Positions 53,658-64,000 of a stretch of 64,000 nucleotides of DNA are shown piece after piece. This stretch comes from Selaginella moellendorffii (Eukaryota > Plantae > Lycopodiophyta), in contig NW_003314368.1 of NCBI RefSeq assembly GCF_000143415.4, positions 206,792 through 270,791 of the forward strand. The letters run 5' to 3'. The translations under genes and the position numbers were made by a program. Every line of letters begins with the position of its first letter. Position 1 is the first letter of the stretch. The notes under the pieces are model-generated. The model made no database searches, was not told the DNA's origin, and saw only the letters and a program-made list of their open reading frames with translations.

Positions 53658-54546
53658 GATGGTATATATTTATTTAAAAATGTAACTTATTATGGCATGG
53701 GGTTCCATGCCATTGTATTAATATTAAAAGACAATTCTTTGAGAGGATTTGCATTATACTAGAAGTGTTACAGCATGTTATTGGAAGTCTACGAAGTTGT
53801 TTTATTAATAAGGGGAAAGTAAAGATTGAATGGGGACTTGGGCTCCACCTAGACTCGGAGCAACTGAGCCAATATTAAAAGGATGGAAAGAAATTGGACG
53901 ACGATGACAAGGAGAAGAGAGAGGTGAAGCAGTGGTAGAGGGAGGAGAAGTGATTGAGTAGACATTTCCTTGTTTAAAATAAAATGGCATGTGCCTCAAT
54001 GCAGTTGAATTTTGTTATATTTATATACTATATAAAGGTTTGGAAACCTTATTTTACAAGTGGGATAATGACAATTCCCACTTTAACGAAATAGAGCTTA
54101 CAAGGAATTCCTTCCCAAAGCTTGCGGCCAAAATAAAAAGAGAGAAATGACACCTCAGAGTGCTGCGTGTCACGCCGGGTTCACCAAGACACCCAAGAAA
54201 TTGACTTGAGAAGTCAAAATAAAAGTTCCAAAGTGCAATGTTAATAAAAGCCGAAACTACTCGAGAAAGAATAATGTGATTAAGATAGAGAAGGTGTCTT
54301 TAATGGGTTTAGTAAAGACTAAACTAATAAAGGGAGAGAACCACCACAAATGGTCAATTGAGTCTCTAAGTTGGAGAGACTATACTCTTTAGAGGATAGG
54401 AAAGGCATGATGAACCTTCAGTGTTGAACCATCAATAAATATTCACTTTGTGCTAAGGATGGAAAAGATAATATATCTTAGTGTTGCTTTATAAAATGGT
54501 TTATCATTCAATGAGGACATCAAACTTCATTTATGGGTGGTGGAGT

Positions 54547-56057
54547 TGTAAGACACAAATCCCTAAGCCCCAATGTGGAGTAAAAAAGGTGCCAGAAGTC
54601 TAACAAATGTAATATCTTTGGACCAAAGGCTCCAACTTGGAAAGTCAAGAGTGGGAGTGGAACTCTAAACAAAGTGCTCAAGAGGAGCATGAAGCAATTG
54701 GTAAATGACTCTCTAAAACAAGACACAAGAAGGACTGACACATAGCAAGTGTCATGACATATGGAAGTGTCAAGAACAAGTTCAAGAAGGAGTCTGAGAA
54801 GGAGTCCGAGATGGACCCGAGATAAAGTCTGAGATGGAGTTCGAGATGAACCTGAGATGGAGTCTAAGATGGACCCGAGATGGAGTCCGAGATGGACCCG
54901 AGATGGAGTTCGAGATGGAGCCTGAGATGGACTTGAGATGGAGTTTGATGTTGTGGCTGAGGCCAAGACCAAGATTGAGACCAAGACCAAGATCGAGACT
55001 GAGACCAAGACTGAGACTGAGACCAAGATTGAGACCAAGTCCAAGTCTGAGACCGAGTCCGAGTCTGAGTCCAAGTCCAAAGGTGAAAGCCCAAAGCATT
55101 CATCTCCTAGACCCTAAGGGGTTTAGTGAGCTCCAAAAGTATAGTAGCAAGAGGACTCTAGTGGAGCGAATTTAGCTAGGAAAGGCTAGTGTGACCAAGG
55201 AAGGGTATATCCACCTTTTGGGTGATGATATATCCACTAAAGAGTCCAAGGCTAGAGTGAATATGGACAAATAAGTGGGGTAACTTGGTGAAGTGTTCAA
55301 GAGCCAGCTCTAACTCTCGAAATGGTTGATGCTCCCAATCTAGGTGTGGGTGGCACTACCTGCTTGGATATTTAGCATAGCTCATTGGAACCTCACTCTA
55401 GCCACATGGCTAGGGCACCCAAAGGTAGAAGATGGGGAAAGTACCCATGAGGCTCGTATAAGGCTATAGTGTTTCGAAATGTTGTCCCAAAGTCCCAAAC
55501 TGTGGAAAGGAAGAAGAGCAATCCTCTAGTGTAGAGACCAAGGATATGGGCACATGGTGAGGAAATCTCAGATATCAGTGGGATATAATGGTTAGGCTTG
55601 TGAGTCTTGACCCAATGACAATGTTAGTGAACATGGCCATAGACAGAAAAGGACTTAATAGGGACTGAAAAAGGGATATTAGGGAAAGTTATTCCCTATA
55701 TCTACAAACATCATAAGGAGTGGATTTGGGATGATCACTCATGGATGGATGGCTTAGTCTTTGAAAGACAAAACTATGATGTAGGTGGTTTTGGATCACT
55801 GATGGGATAAAGGTGAATGGGCATGGCTTTAGCATAATAGATTGATATATCGTGGTACTTTTGGGTGTTAGTCATGGGATCAAACACATGGAGCACTTAG
55901 ACCAAGTGCAAAAGTTGAGTGGCATGGATGCCATTCTTGGGTCTAGCAAGTCCTCAAATCTGGAATAGAACTTATAGAAGTTGTGAGTGAGACTCTTTCA
56001 AGTGGTTGGAGTTGCAGTTAAATGACTAAAGTAGAATGGAAAATTTAGTCGCTTACA
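54547..56057 (+). repeat. 3' LTR of the outer non-autonomous element
   Basis: PPT immediately upstream; TG...CA ends; internal gagatggagtcc and gagacc arrays. Confidence 0.85.
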
Positions 56058-56316
56058 GATGTGTCTTGATTTTCCCTCATCTTAGGTATACCTAAAGATC
56101 CAATAACAAATGATGTTGCGATGGCAACAATGAGATATCAAGAAAGAGAGTTATCATTAGAAATGGAGTCATTGATAGAGAAAGAATCCTTATGTGCTTT
56201 TTTTGGGCTTCATTTTGATTAGGTTAGAATGTTATAAAGGGCTTAAGGTGGGGTCACTTTAGGTTATAGTAATAGAGATTTCTTTAGATGGGAAAATGTA
56301 TTTTGCACCAGATTTG

Positions 56317-56431
56317 TGTGAGATACAACCCAAAAGTGGAGCCAAAATGGTGCCACATAGTAGTGGCCAAAGCGGAAGCCAAACGAGCATAATACATTGG
56401 GACTAAAAGCTTCAACTTGAAAAGTCAAGAG
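56317..56431 (+). repeat. Start of another LTR of the same family, interrupted at 56432
   Basis: tgtgagatac... matches the first ~130 bp of the LTR at 62203. Confidence 0.7.
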
Positions 56432-56629
56432 TGTGAGACACAAAATCCCTAGGTGCCACATGATAGTGGCCGAAGCGAAAGCCAAACGAGCGTAACACGT
56501 TTGGACTAAAAGGTCGAGAGCGGGAGTGGAACTCCCAACAAAAGTGCTCAAGGAACAAGCACGAAGAGAGCAATAAGCGAGGCTCCAGAAAGGGACCCAA
56601 AAGGACCAACACATGACACGTGGAAGTGT

Positions 56630-56992
56630 CCGAGATGGAGTTTGAGATGGACCCGAGATGGACCGAGACAGAGTCTGAGATGGAGTCCGAGGTGGAGTCC
56701 AAGATGGAGTCCAAGATGGAGTCCGAGGTGGAGTCCGAGATGGAGTCCGAGATGGAGTCTGAGATGAAGTCCGAGATGGACCAAGATGGAGTCCGAGATG
56801 GACCCGAGATGGAGTCCGAGATGGACCAAGATGGAGTTCGAGATGGACCCGAGATGGAGTCCGAGATGGACTGAGATGGAGTCCGAGATGGACCCGAGAT
56901 GGAGTCCGAGATGGACCGAGATGGAGTCTGGGATGGAGTCCGAGATGGACCCAAGGTGGAGTCCGAGATGGACCCGAGATGGAGTCCGAAGT

Positions 56993-57024
<32 letters not shown>

Positions 57025-57170
57025 GGACCGGGACCGGGACCGAGACCGAGACTGAGACCAGGACCGAGACCGAGACCGAGGCCGAGGCTGAGACCAAGCC
57101 CAAGTCTGAGTCTGAGTCCAAGTCCGAGTCCGAGTCCGAATCCGAGTCCGAGTCCGAGTTCAAGTCTGAG
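56630..57170. repeat. 12-bp (gagatggagtcc) and 6-bp (gagacc/gagtcc) tandem arrays inside the LTR
   Basis: Seen directly; copy number differs in the homologous LTRs (54790-55080, 62440-63040). Confidence 0.9.
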
Positions 57171-60100
57171 AGGGTGAAAGCCCAAAGCGTTCGTCTCCCA
57201 AACCCTAGGGGGTTTCGTGAGCTCCAAAAGTATAGTAAGGGGGAGGATTGTAGTGGAGCCAATTTGGCCAGGAAAGGCCAATTTGGCCCAGGAAGGCTGC
57301 ACCTAGTGTTGGGTGATGAGTTGCCCACTGGGAAATCCAAGACTAGAGTGAACACGGACCGACAAGCAGGGTAGCTTGGTGAAGTGTTTAAGAGCCGGCT
57401 CTAGTTCCCTCGGGAGATCGACTGGCCGATGCTCCCAGTCCAAGTGTGGGTGGCACTACCTACTTAGATACCAGGCATGGCTCAACAGAACCTTGCTCTA
57501 AGCCCATGGCTAGAGCACCCAAGGGCGGAAGGTAGGGAGAGTACCCAGGTGGATCGCGGAAGGCCACAATGTTCCGAAATGTTGCCCTAAAGTCCCAGAC
57601 TGTGGAAAGGAAGAGGAGTAGACCTCTGGTACAGTGACTAAGGACATATTCACATGGTGAGGAAGTCCCAAAGGGCATTAGGACTTAGTGGTCGGGCTTG
57701 TGGGCGTTGACCCAGTGGCAGTGTTGGTGAACATGGCCATGAGTAGGATGGGTCTTGGTTGGGATTGAAAGAGGGATATTGGGGAAGGCTGTTCTCCTTG
57801 TCGGTGGGCATCCGAAGGATGCTAAGGAGTGGATCTGTGATGACCACTCATGGATGGTTGGCCCAGTCTTGGAGAGGCAAGATTGTGATGCAACTAGTAT
57901 TGGACCACCAGTGCGGCAAAGGTTTGGGCATGGCCTTAGCGTAATAGGCTGCTATGTCAATGGTACCTATGAGTGTCGGTCATGGGATCGGGCACATGGA
58001 GCACTTGGACCAAGTGCAAAGGTGGAGTGGCGGGGATGCCATTCTCAGGGTTAGCAAGCCCAAGTCCGAAATAGGACTTATGGAGGTTGTGAGTGAGACT
58101 CCTCCAAGTGGTCAAAAGTGGGGTTAAGTGGCTAAAGTAGAATGGAAAATTAGTCGCTTACAACTTGGTATCAGAGCTGTTCCTTAGTCTGACTTTTATT
58201 GGTGCTCAAGTATATCACCATTGATGTTGTCATCGGAAGGTCCTAGGAATGGGCCTATCCTTGAGGAGTAGCATGTCAAGAGGACATGGCCCTCCACTCA
58301 AGTTCATGTGTGAACTTGGGCACAATATGGTGGATAGAAAAGGGCCAATAATGGAACGACTTTGGGATCCTGGGAACAGTATAAGGATTTCCTTAGAGAG
58401 TTGAGGATGTGATCTAGATGAGCATTTGACTTAGCAAACTGGCTGAAGTAGTTGTGGTAAACAACTACAGTTGGGATCACGGGAAAGATGTAGACTCCAA
58501 AACAATAAAGGAGTCACGAGATTACCCTCATATAGTTGAGGCTAGTGCTCATAACTTTGAGACCGGAATTGATGACCATGGGAGGTCAAATATAGAAGAG
58601 GACACAAGTCCTCGAAATGGTAGCTGAGGCTACCTCTAATAAATGCTGGAACAACCCAAGGAGTTGGGGGTGTACTTAGAGGATGAGTTGGTATTCTCAT
58701 CACATGGACAAGTGGTCCTAAGGGGCAAAAGGTTGCCCCAATAGAACAAATCAAGTGTCAGAATAACACTTGCGAAGATGGTTCTTGTGAGTAGGACCTG
58801 AATACAAGAAGTTGTATTCCAGTGAGCTAGCACCTCAAAGGTAAGACCTCATGGGTCGTCGGATGATAAAGTCCAAAAAGCTGGATGACTCAAGTGGAGT
58901 CAAGGAATGGTCCTAAGGGATTAGTTGAAGCATTTGGACTGAGGTGTATGGTGCCCCATGAGGTATAGGGAGGATCATAAGATCCAAGTATGAGAACGGT
59001 AGGTATCTCATTGATGGTAGAATGTGCCATACTAAAGTTGTGAGAAAGATGTTCCCAGAAGAAAGTAACTTTGGCCCAGAGTTGGGTGCAAACACTATAG
59101 TGCGGTGCTAACGGATAGGTAGCGTGAGAAATGACTATATTGGTCGTGGCAAAGACCTAGACACTAATAAGTAGTGTCCTAAGGGTAAGCTCGTGGGGCC
59201 GATGGTGTGGAGACACCAAATGTGCCAAGGTGTGATACCTTGAGGTCATGTTTGTGAGTTCATGAGAACCCCTTGCCAAGGAATCCTAACGGAAGCGGGA
59301 ATCGCATGGCCTAAGCTGGAAGGCATGCGGTTGGAGTGTGGTGACCTAAATAATGATGGAGGTGTGGAAGCACCAAACAATGAGTTGTAGGACTTGACAA
59401 CTATGAGGCAACTAAGCAAGAGGTGCAAAGATAATTGGTTAAACGAGTAGAAGGTAGCTACCCAAGACTTTTTAATGGCATAAGGAAGTTAGATAAAGAA
59501 GTTATAGGGGATAAATTGCTTATGTTGCGATATAGTGAGTCAATGTCGTAAAAGGAAATGCTCATTGTCAAAGAAACCATCATTGGGACACCCAAACACT
59601 CTAGAACACCAGGAGGTGGTGTTTAGTGTCGCGAGGGCAATAGATATGGCCCAAGGGACTAAGTCCCTAGCGAATGATGGATAGAAGGTGTTATTCAAAT
59701 GTCCAAGGTGGCAGAAACAGGAGAAGACTGTCTACCCGAATTAAACAAAGCCAAAAATGGAATTTTAGCAAGGCTAGTGAAGGCCCATGAGCAGCAACGT
59801 TAATCCCGGTGTGTGGGATTATAAGGTGAGCATACCCGGATTGAGGAACCACTCCCTAGGCTATCAAGTAGGTTCATCCCTAAGAATACTTGTTAAGGCA
59901 TGATAAAAAGTGCAAAGCTATCCTCCTAGTCTGAAAGAGAATGACCGAAGAAAGGTGTGAAGCCAAAAGCAAATAATAAGGGGATACAACCGAACCGTAG
60001 GAATCGAAGGGCATGACCAAGGTTGGTTATGCCAGTTGGGAGTGGAGAATCAAGTGGGGGCTCGAGGATGTTGTTGCTAGCAACCTTGATGCCATGGAGA

Positions 60101-62749
60101 GTCTAAAATATGGAATTGTCCATGTTAGACTATATGGCAACTAGAAAGCTTGCGAAAAAGGAGGCCTAGGCAAGCTAAGGGATAAAGTCCCTTCAAGGTT
60201 CCCAAAGACGATTCTAGGTAGCTTAGTACCTAGAAAGGCCAAAGTGTAAATGGTTCATGAAACGCGCAAAATCGGAGTGGTGTAGCAAAAGCGTGGTATT
60301 GAAGCTTGCTAGGAGGCAAGGCTATCAAGGTTGGGGAAGTAGCTCCCGAGTGTTCAGAAAGAGGGCTTTGAACGAAAGTCGATGGTCAAGGACTTTCACG
60401 CTTATGCAGGAACCATGTTACGGTGGTCGGAGGACTTGCCAAATGAGATTGGCAAGTCGGGGGAACAAATACCCTAGTTGAAGGTGATAACTTCATAAAG
60501 GGGGGCCATGGGGCCAAGTGTGAAGGAGTCCATGCATGATCACAAATGTGTCAAGTGAGAGGACTTGGCAGTGTGGAGGAACTAGGTTCCTAAGCTGTGA
60601 TCTATAGCACGCTTTAAGTATAAGTTGGTGCACCAGCATGGGGAGTCACGCCAGGCATCTAGGGTGATGCCGTCTGTAGATGCATATACGAAGGTTGGGT
60701 TCGAGTCCCAACCTTCTAGTGCTTGGGTTCGAGTCCCAAATCACTAGGGCATGGTGATGGTTTGGAATATGAGGACACTCATATTTCAGTGGTCATGGAC
60801 TCTCAATAAGGAGATTGGCTTGGGCACACCGCCAAGCGAGGGATGCCTCGGAGTCGTCATGCACAGTTAGATTGCTTAGAGTGAAAGCTCAGCATATCTA
60901 ACTTGAACACTTTGGTGCAAAGGGCACCAAGGACGTGGTGAATGAGTTGGGGACACCCAAGTCTCAGTTGCTATGGATTCTTGGCCGGAAGGGCTGGCTT
61001 GGGCGCACCACCAAGTGTGGGGGATGCCCCCGGGGTCATAGTCAACAACTTAGAAGGGTCTGGAAGATCTAGTTCTTATTGATAGACCTATTAAGGGGTC
61101 AAGATGAGATCACTAGGTGATCTTGTGGCTAAACAAGGACAAAGTCTTTGTTTGGGTTAAGAAATATGATTCCTAGTTCAAAGTGTTGATTTTAACTATT
61201 GATAGAGGTGTGGCTTGGGCAAAGTGACTAAGTGGGAAGAACACTTAAGGGAAATGAGCTATGTCAATGCTATGGCATAGTAAATCCAAGGAAAGTAGTC
61301 TTTATAAGAGATCCAAGGGAGGGTCTCAAAAAGTTGGGCCGTGATAGAGCCCACGACAGAAAATGTTAAAGAGACATACTAGGGCTGAACACCCTCCAGA
61401 CTTGGCAAAGCAAAGTGTTTGCTATGGAACCGAAAAGAAACCTCAAAAATGGAGGTAGCGATCCTATGTTGCTTGGGGCAACAATCAAGGATAGGAGCAA
61501 AAGGTTAGTGGCTAAGAAAAGAGCCATGGGAATCATGGGAAAGAATCCAAATGGCAAAGTTAGGCCGAGAACACTAATGTGTTGGGTGCTAATGGATTGT
61601 GGGAAAGGCAATATTTCCCCAAGGATGGATTCCCAACTGCTCCGATTTGGCAAAAGTGGATGCTCCAAAGGGGGGAGCAGCAAAGTAGCTAAATGATAGG
61701 GCCATGGAAAGCCCTAGCACAAAGTATGATAATTAGAACTTAGTGCCCAAGGTGGCACGAAATATAAGAGAGGATGATGGTGCCCTCGAGTAAAAAACTT
61801 CCTAGGATGGGGAAGTGGAGTGGCAAGGTGTCGGAGACACCTAGGAAATTGACTTTGAGAAGTCAAAAATAAAAGTTCCAAAGTGCATAGGTTATATTAG
61901 TGAAAATTGAGACTACTCAAGAAGGGGTAGTGGGGTTGAGATAGAGACGGTGTCTCAAACCAGTTTAGTGAGAACTAAACCAATAAAAGGAGAAAACCAC
62001 CTCAAGTGGTCGAATGAGCCTCTAAGTTGGAGAGGCTATGCTCCTTAGAGAATGGACAAGGCATGGTGAGCCTTCGGTGTCACACCATAGACAAATATTA
62101 GCTGGGTGCTAAGGACGGAAGTAGTAATACATGCGGGTGTTACTTTCTAAAAGGGTTTACCGTTCGATAAGGACATCAAACTTCATCTATGGGTGGTGGA
62201 GTTGTGAGACACAAATCCCTAGGCCCCAAAATGGAGCCGGAAGGGTGCCACTTGGTAGTGGCCGAAGCGAAAGCCAAACGAGCGTAACACGTTTGGACTA
62301 AAAGCTCTGACTTGAAAGGTCAAGAGCAGGAGTGGAACTCCCAACAAAAGTGCTTGAGGAACAAGCACGAAGCAAGCAATAAGTGAGGCTCCAAAAAGGG
62401 GGACCCAAAAGGACCAACATATGACACATGGAAGTGTCCAAGATGGAGTCCGAGATGGAGTTCGAGATGGACCAAGATGGAGTCCGAGATGGAGTCTGAG
62501 GTGGAGTTCGAGATGGAGTCCAAGATGGAGTCTGAGGTGGAGTCTGAGGTGGAGTCTGAGGTGGAGTCTGAGATGGAGTCTGAGGTGGAGTCCAAGGTGG
62601 AGTCCAAGGTGGAGTCCAAGGTGGAGTCTGAGATGGAGTCTGAGATGGAGTCCGAGATGGACCAAGATGGAGTCCGAGGTGGACCCGAGATGGAGTCCGA
62701 GATGGAGTCCGAGATGGACCTGAGATGGAGTCCGAAGTCGAGACCGAGA

Positions 62750-62943
62750 TGTAAGCTCCTGAGTTTGGACTTCTCGGGAGGTCACCCAACCCAGTACTAT
62801 TCAAACCCAAGGACGCTTAACTCCAACTATCCCAAGACCCTTAACCGATTGGAAAAGGGGGTGCACTCTTATTCATGGGCCCTTTCCCTCTATATTTGAA
62901 CCCCATGGACCGTCTCTCAAGTCGTTCCCTTTGGTTGCTTACA
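62750..62943 (-). mobile_element. Cassandra-type TRIM solo LTR with 5S rRNA-derived core
   Basis: 194 bp; TGTAAGC...GCTTACA inverted ends; TSD CGAGA. The minus strand reads gagttaagcgtccttgggtttgaatagtactgggttgggtgacctcccgagaagtcc, resembling the 5S box A to box C region. Confidence 0.88.
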
Positions 62944-64000
62944 CGAGACCAGGACCGAGACCGAGACCGAGGCCAAGGCCGAGACCAAGCCCAAGTCCAA
63001 GTCCGAGTCCGAGTCCGAGTTCGAGTCCGAGTTCAAGTCTGAGAGGGTGAAAGCCCAAAGCGTTCATCTCCCAAACCCTGGGGGGTTTCATGAGCTCCAA
63101 AAGTATAGTAAGGGGGAGGATTGCAGTGGAGCCAGTTTAGCCAGGAAAGGCCAGTTTGGCCCAGGAAGGCTGCACCCAGTGTTGGGTGATGAGCTGCCCA
63201 CTGGGAAGTCCAAGACTAGAGTGAACACGAACCGACAAGTAGGGTAGCTTGGTGAAGTGCTTAAGAGCCGGCTCTAGTTCCCCTGGGAGATCGACTGGCC
63301 GATGCTCCCAGTCCAAGTGTGGGTGGCACTACCTACTTGGATACCAAGTGTGGCTCAACAGAACCTCGCTCTAAGCCCATGGCTAGAGCACCCAAGGGCG
63401 GAAGGTAGGGAGAGTACCTAGGTGGCTCGCGTAAGGCCACAATATTCCGAAATGTTGCCCCAAAGTCCTAGACTGTGGAAAGGAAGAGGAGTAGACCTCT
63501 GGCACAGTGACTAAGGACATATTCACATGGTGAGGAAGTCCCAAAGGGCATTGGGACTTAGTGGTCGGGCCTGTGGGCCTTGACCTAGTGGCAGTGTTGG
63601 TGAACACGGCCATGAGTAGGATGGGTCTTGGCTGGGATTGAAAGAGGGATATTGGGGAAGGCTGTTCTCCTTGTTGGTGGGCATCCGAAGGATGCTAAGG
63701 AGTGGATCTGTGATGACCACTCATGGATGGTTGGCCCAGTCTTGGAGAGGCAGGACTGTGATGCAACTAGTATTAGACCACCAGTGCGGCAAAGGTTTGG
63801 GCATGGCCTTAGCGTAATAGGTTGCTATGTCGGTGGTACCTATGAGTGTCGGTCATGGGATCGGGCACGTGGAGCACTTGGACCAAGTGCAAAGGTGGAG
63901 TGGTGGGGATGTCATTCTCAGAGTTAGCAAGCCCAAGTCCGAAATAGGACTTATGGAGGTTGTGAGTGAGACTCCTCCAAGTGGTCGAAAGTGGGGTTAA

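Larger units (their letters stand above)
40897..54006. repeat. Dispersed 24-bp palindrome AATGGCRTGWGGCCWCAYGCCATT, at least 22 copies
   Basis: Copies start at 40897, 40986, 41746, 41892, 43234, 43290, 44900, 44970, 45006, 45068, 46603, 48055, 48132, 48192, 49469, 50968, 51109, 51300, 52539, 52614, 53691 and 53983, plus weaker ones. Confidence 0.9.
40356..54099. mobile_element. 13.7-kb TIR DNA transposon (Sola-like) with two divergent genes
   Basis: TIRs atGCTCTATTTCGTTAAAGTGGGA (40356-40379) and TCCCACTTTAACGAAATAGAGCtt (54076-54099): 22 bp perfect, 24 bp with one mismatch. ACAA on both flanks (40352-40355, 54100-54103). Confidence 0.85.
34309..54186 (-). mobile_element. Decayed non-chromovirus Ty3/gypsy element split by the DNA transposon; 5' LTR absent
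   Basis: RT fragments 37826-38740 (KDHFPTPFID, FGLCNAGGTFQR); RH ~37250-37700; integrase 36131-36661 (DYFTKWVEA, SDRGS, NGQVE). tcacgccgggttcacca at 54170-54186 resembles the 3' end of tRNA-Trp and would be the PBS. Left boundary approximate. Confidence 0.75.
1789..56057 (+). mobile_element. Old non-autonomous LTR retrotransposon (LARD-like) hosting about 50 kb of nested insertions
   Basis: 5' LTR starts tatgagacac (1789); 3' LTR 54547-56057 (tgtaagacac...gtcgcttaca) follows PPT gggtggtggag. GATGT lies on both flanks (1784-1788, 56058-56062). Internal pieces 26603-28649, 34107-34308 and 54187-54546 are colinear with the internal region of the copy at 58163-62202. Confidence 0.75.
56432..64000 (+). 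mobile_element. Second copy of the non-autonomous LTR element (LARD-like), running off the window
   Basis: 5' LTR 56432-58162; PBS TGGTATCAGAGC 58166-58177; ~4-kb interior without long ORFs; PPT 62191-62201; 3' LTR from 62203. Confidence 0.88.

Noticed and set aside
40897-54006. Palindromes as a CRISPR or REP array
   Set aside because: Spacing is irregular (tens of bp to kb), the context is eukaryotic and intron-containing, and no Cas or RAYT gene is present.
54170-54186. tRNA-Trp gene
   Set aside because: Only the 17-nt 3' end including CCA, which fits a retrotransposon primer-binding site.
54520-57374. ORFs up to 363 aa with SISDS/HLGL/MESE repeats (also 62219-62899)
   Set aside because: Translations of 6- and 12-bp tandem repeats in LTRs, open in several frames at once.
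62767-62823. 5S rRNA gene
   Set aside because: Only a diverged ~55-nt internal part, embedded in a TG...CA element with a TSD.

Overview
Eukaryotic repeat-rich DNA from a land plant, probably a non-seed plant (inferred from tRNA-iMet-primed chromoviruses, a Cassandra 5S-type LTR and TTTAGGG runs). No host gene is recognisable; the window is a stack of nested transposons. An old non-autonomous LTR element spans 1789-56057 (5-bp TSD GATGT at both ends). Inside it are a TRIM, a head-to-tail trimer of a young Ty3/gypsy chromovirus with shared LTRs (4167-23810), two copies of a second chromovirus with self-priming and -1 frameshift signals, a 100-N assembly gap and a decayed non-chromovirus gypsy. 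That gypsy is interrupted by the most unusual object here, a 13.7-kb DNA transposon (40356-54099, 24-bp TIRs, 4-bp TSD ACAA). It carries a Sola-like DDD transposase on the minus strand and, divergently, an 11-exon ~1640-codon cargo gene fusing a ParB/sulfiredoxin-like domain, a degenerate DNA-methyltransferase-like fold, an acidic linker and an FCP1/NIF-type HAD phosphatase. More than 20 copies of a 24-bp palindrome (AATGGCRTGWGGCCWCAYGCCATT) are scattered only within this element, including inside its introns. A second copy of the non-autonomous LTR element (56432 to window end) has a Cassandra solo LTR in its 3' LTR. Domain calls come from motif recognition by eye; no searches were run.
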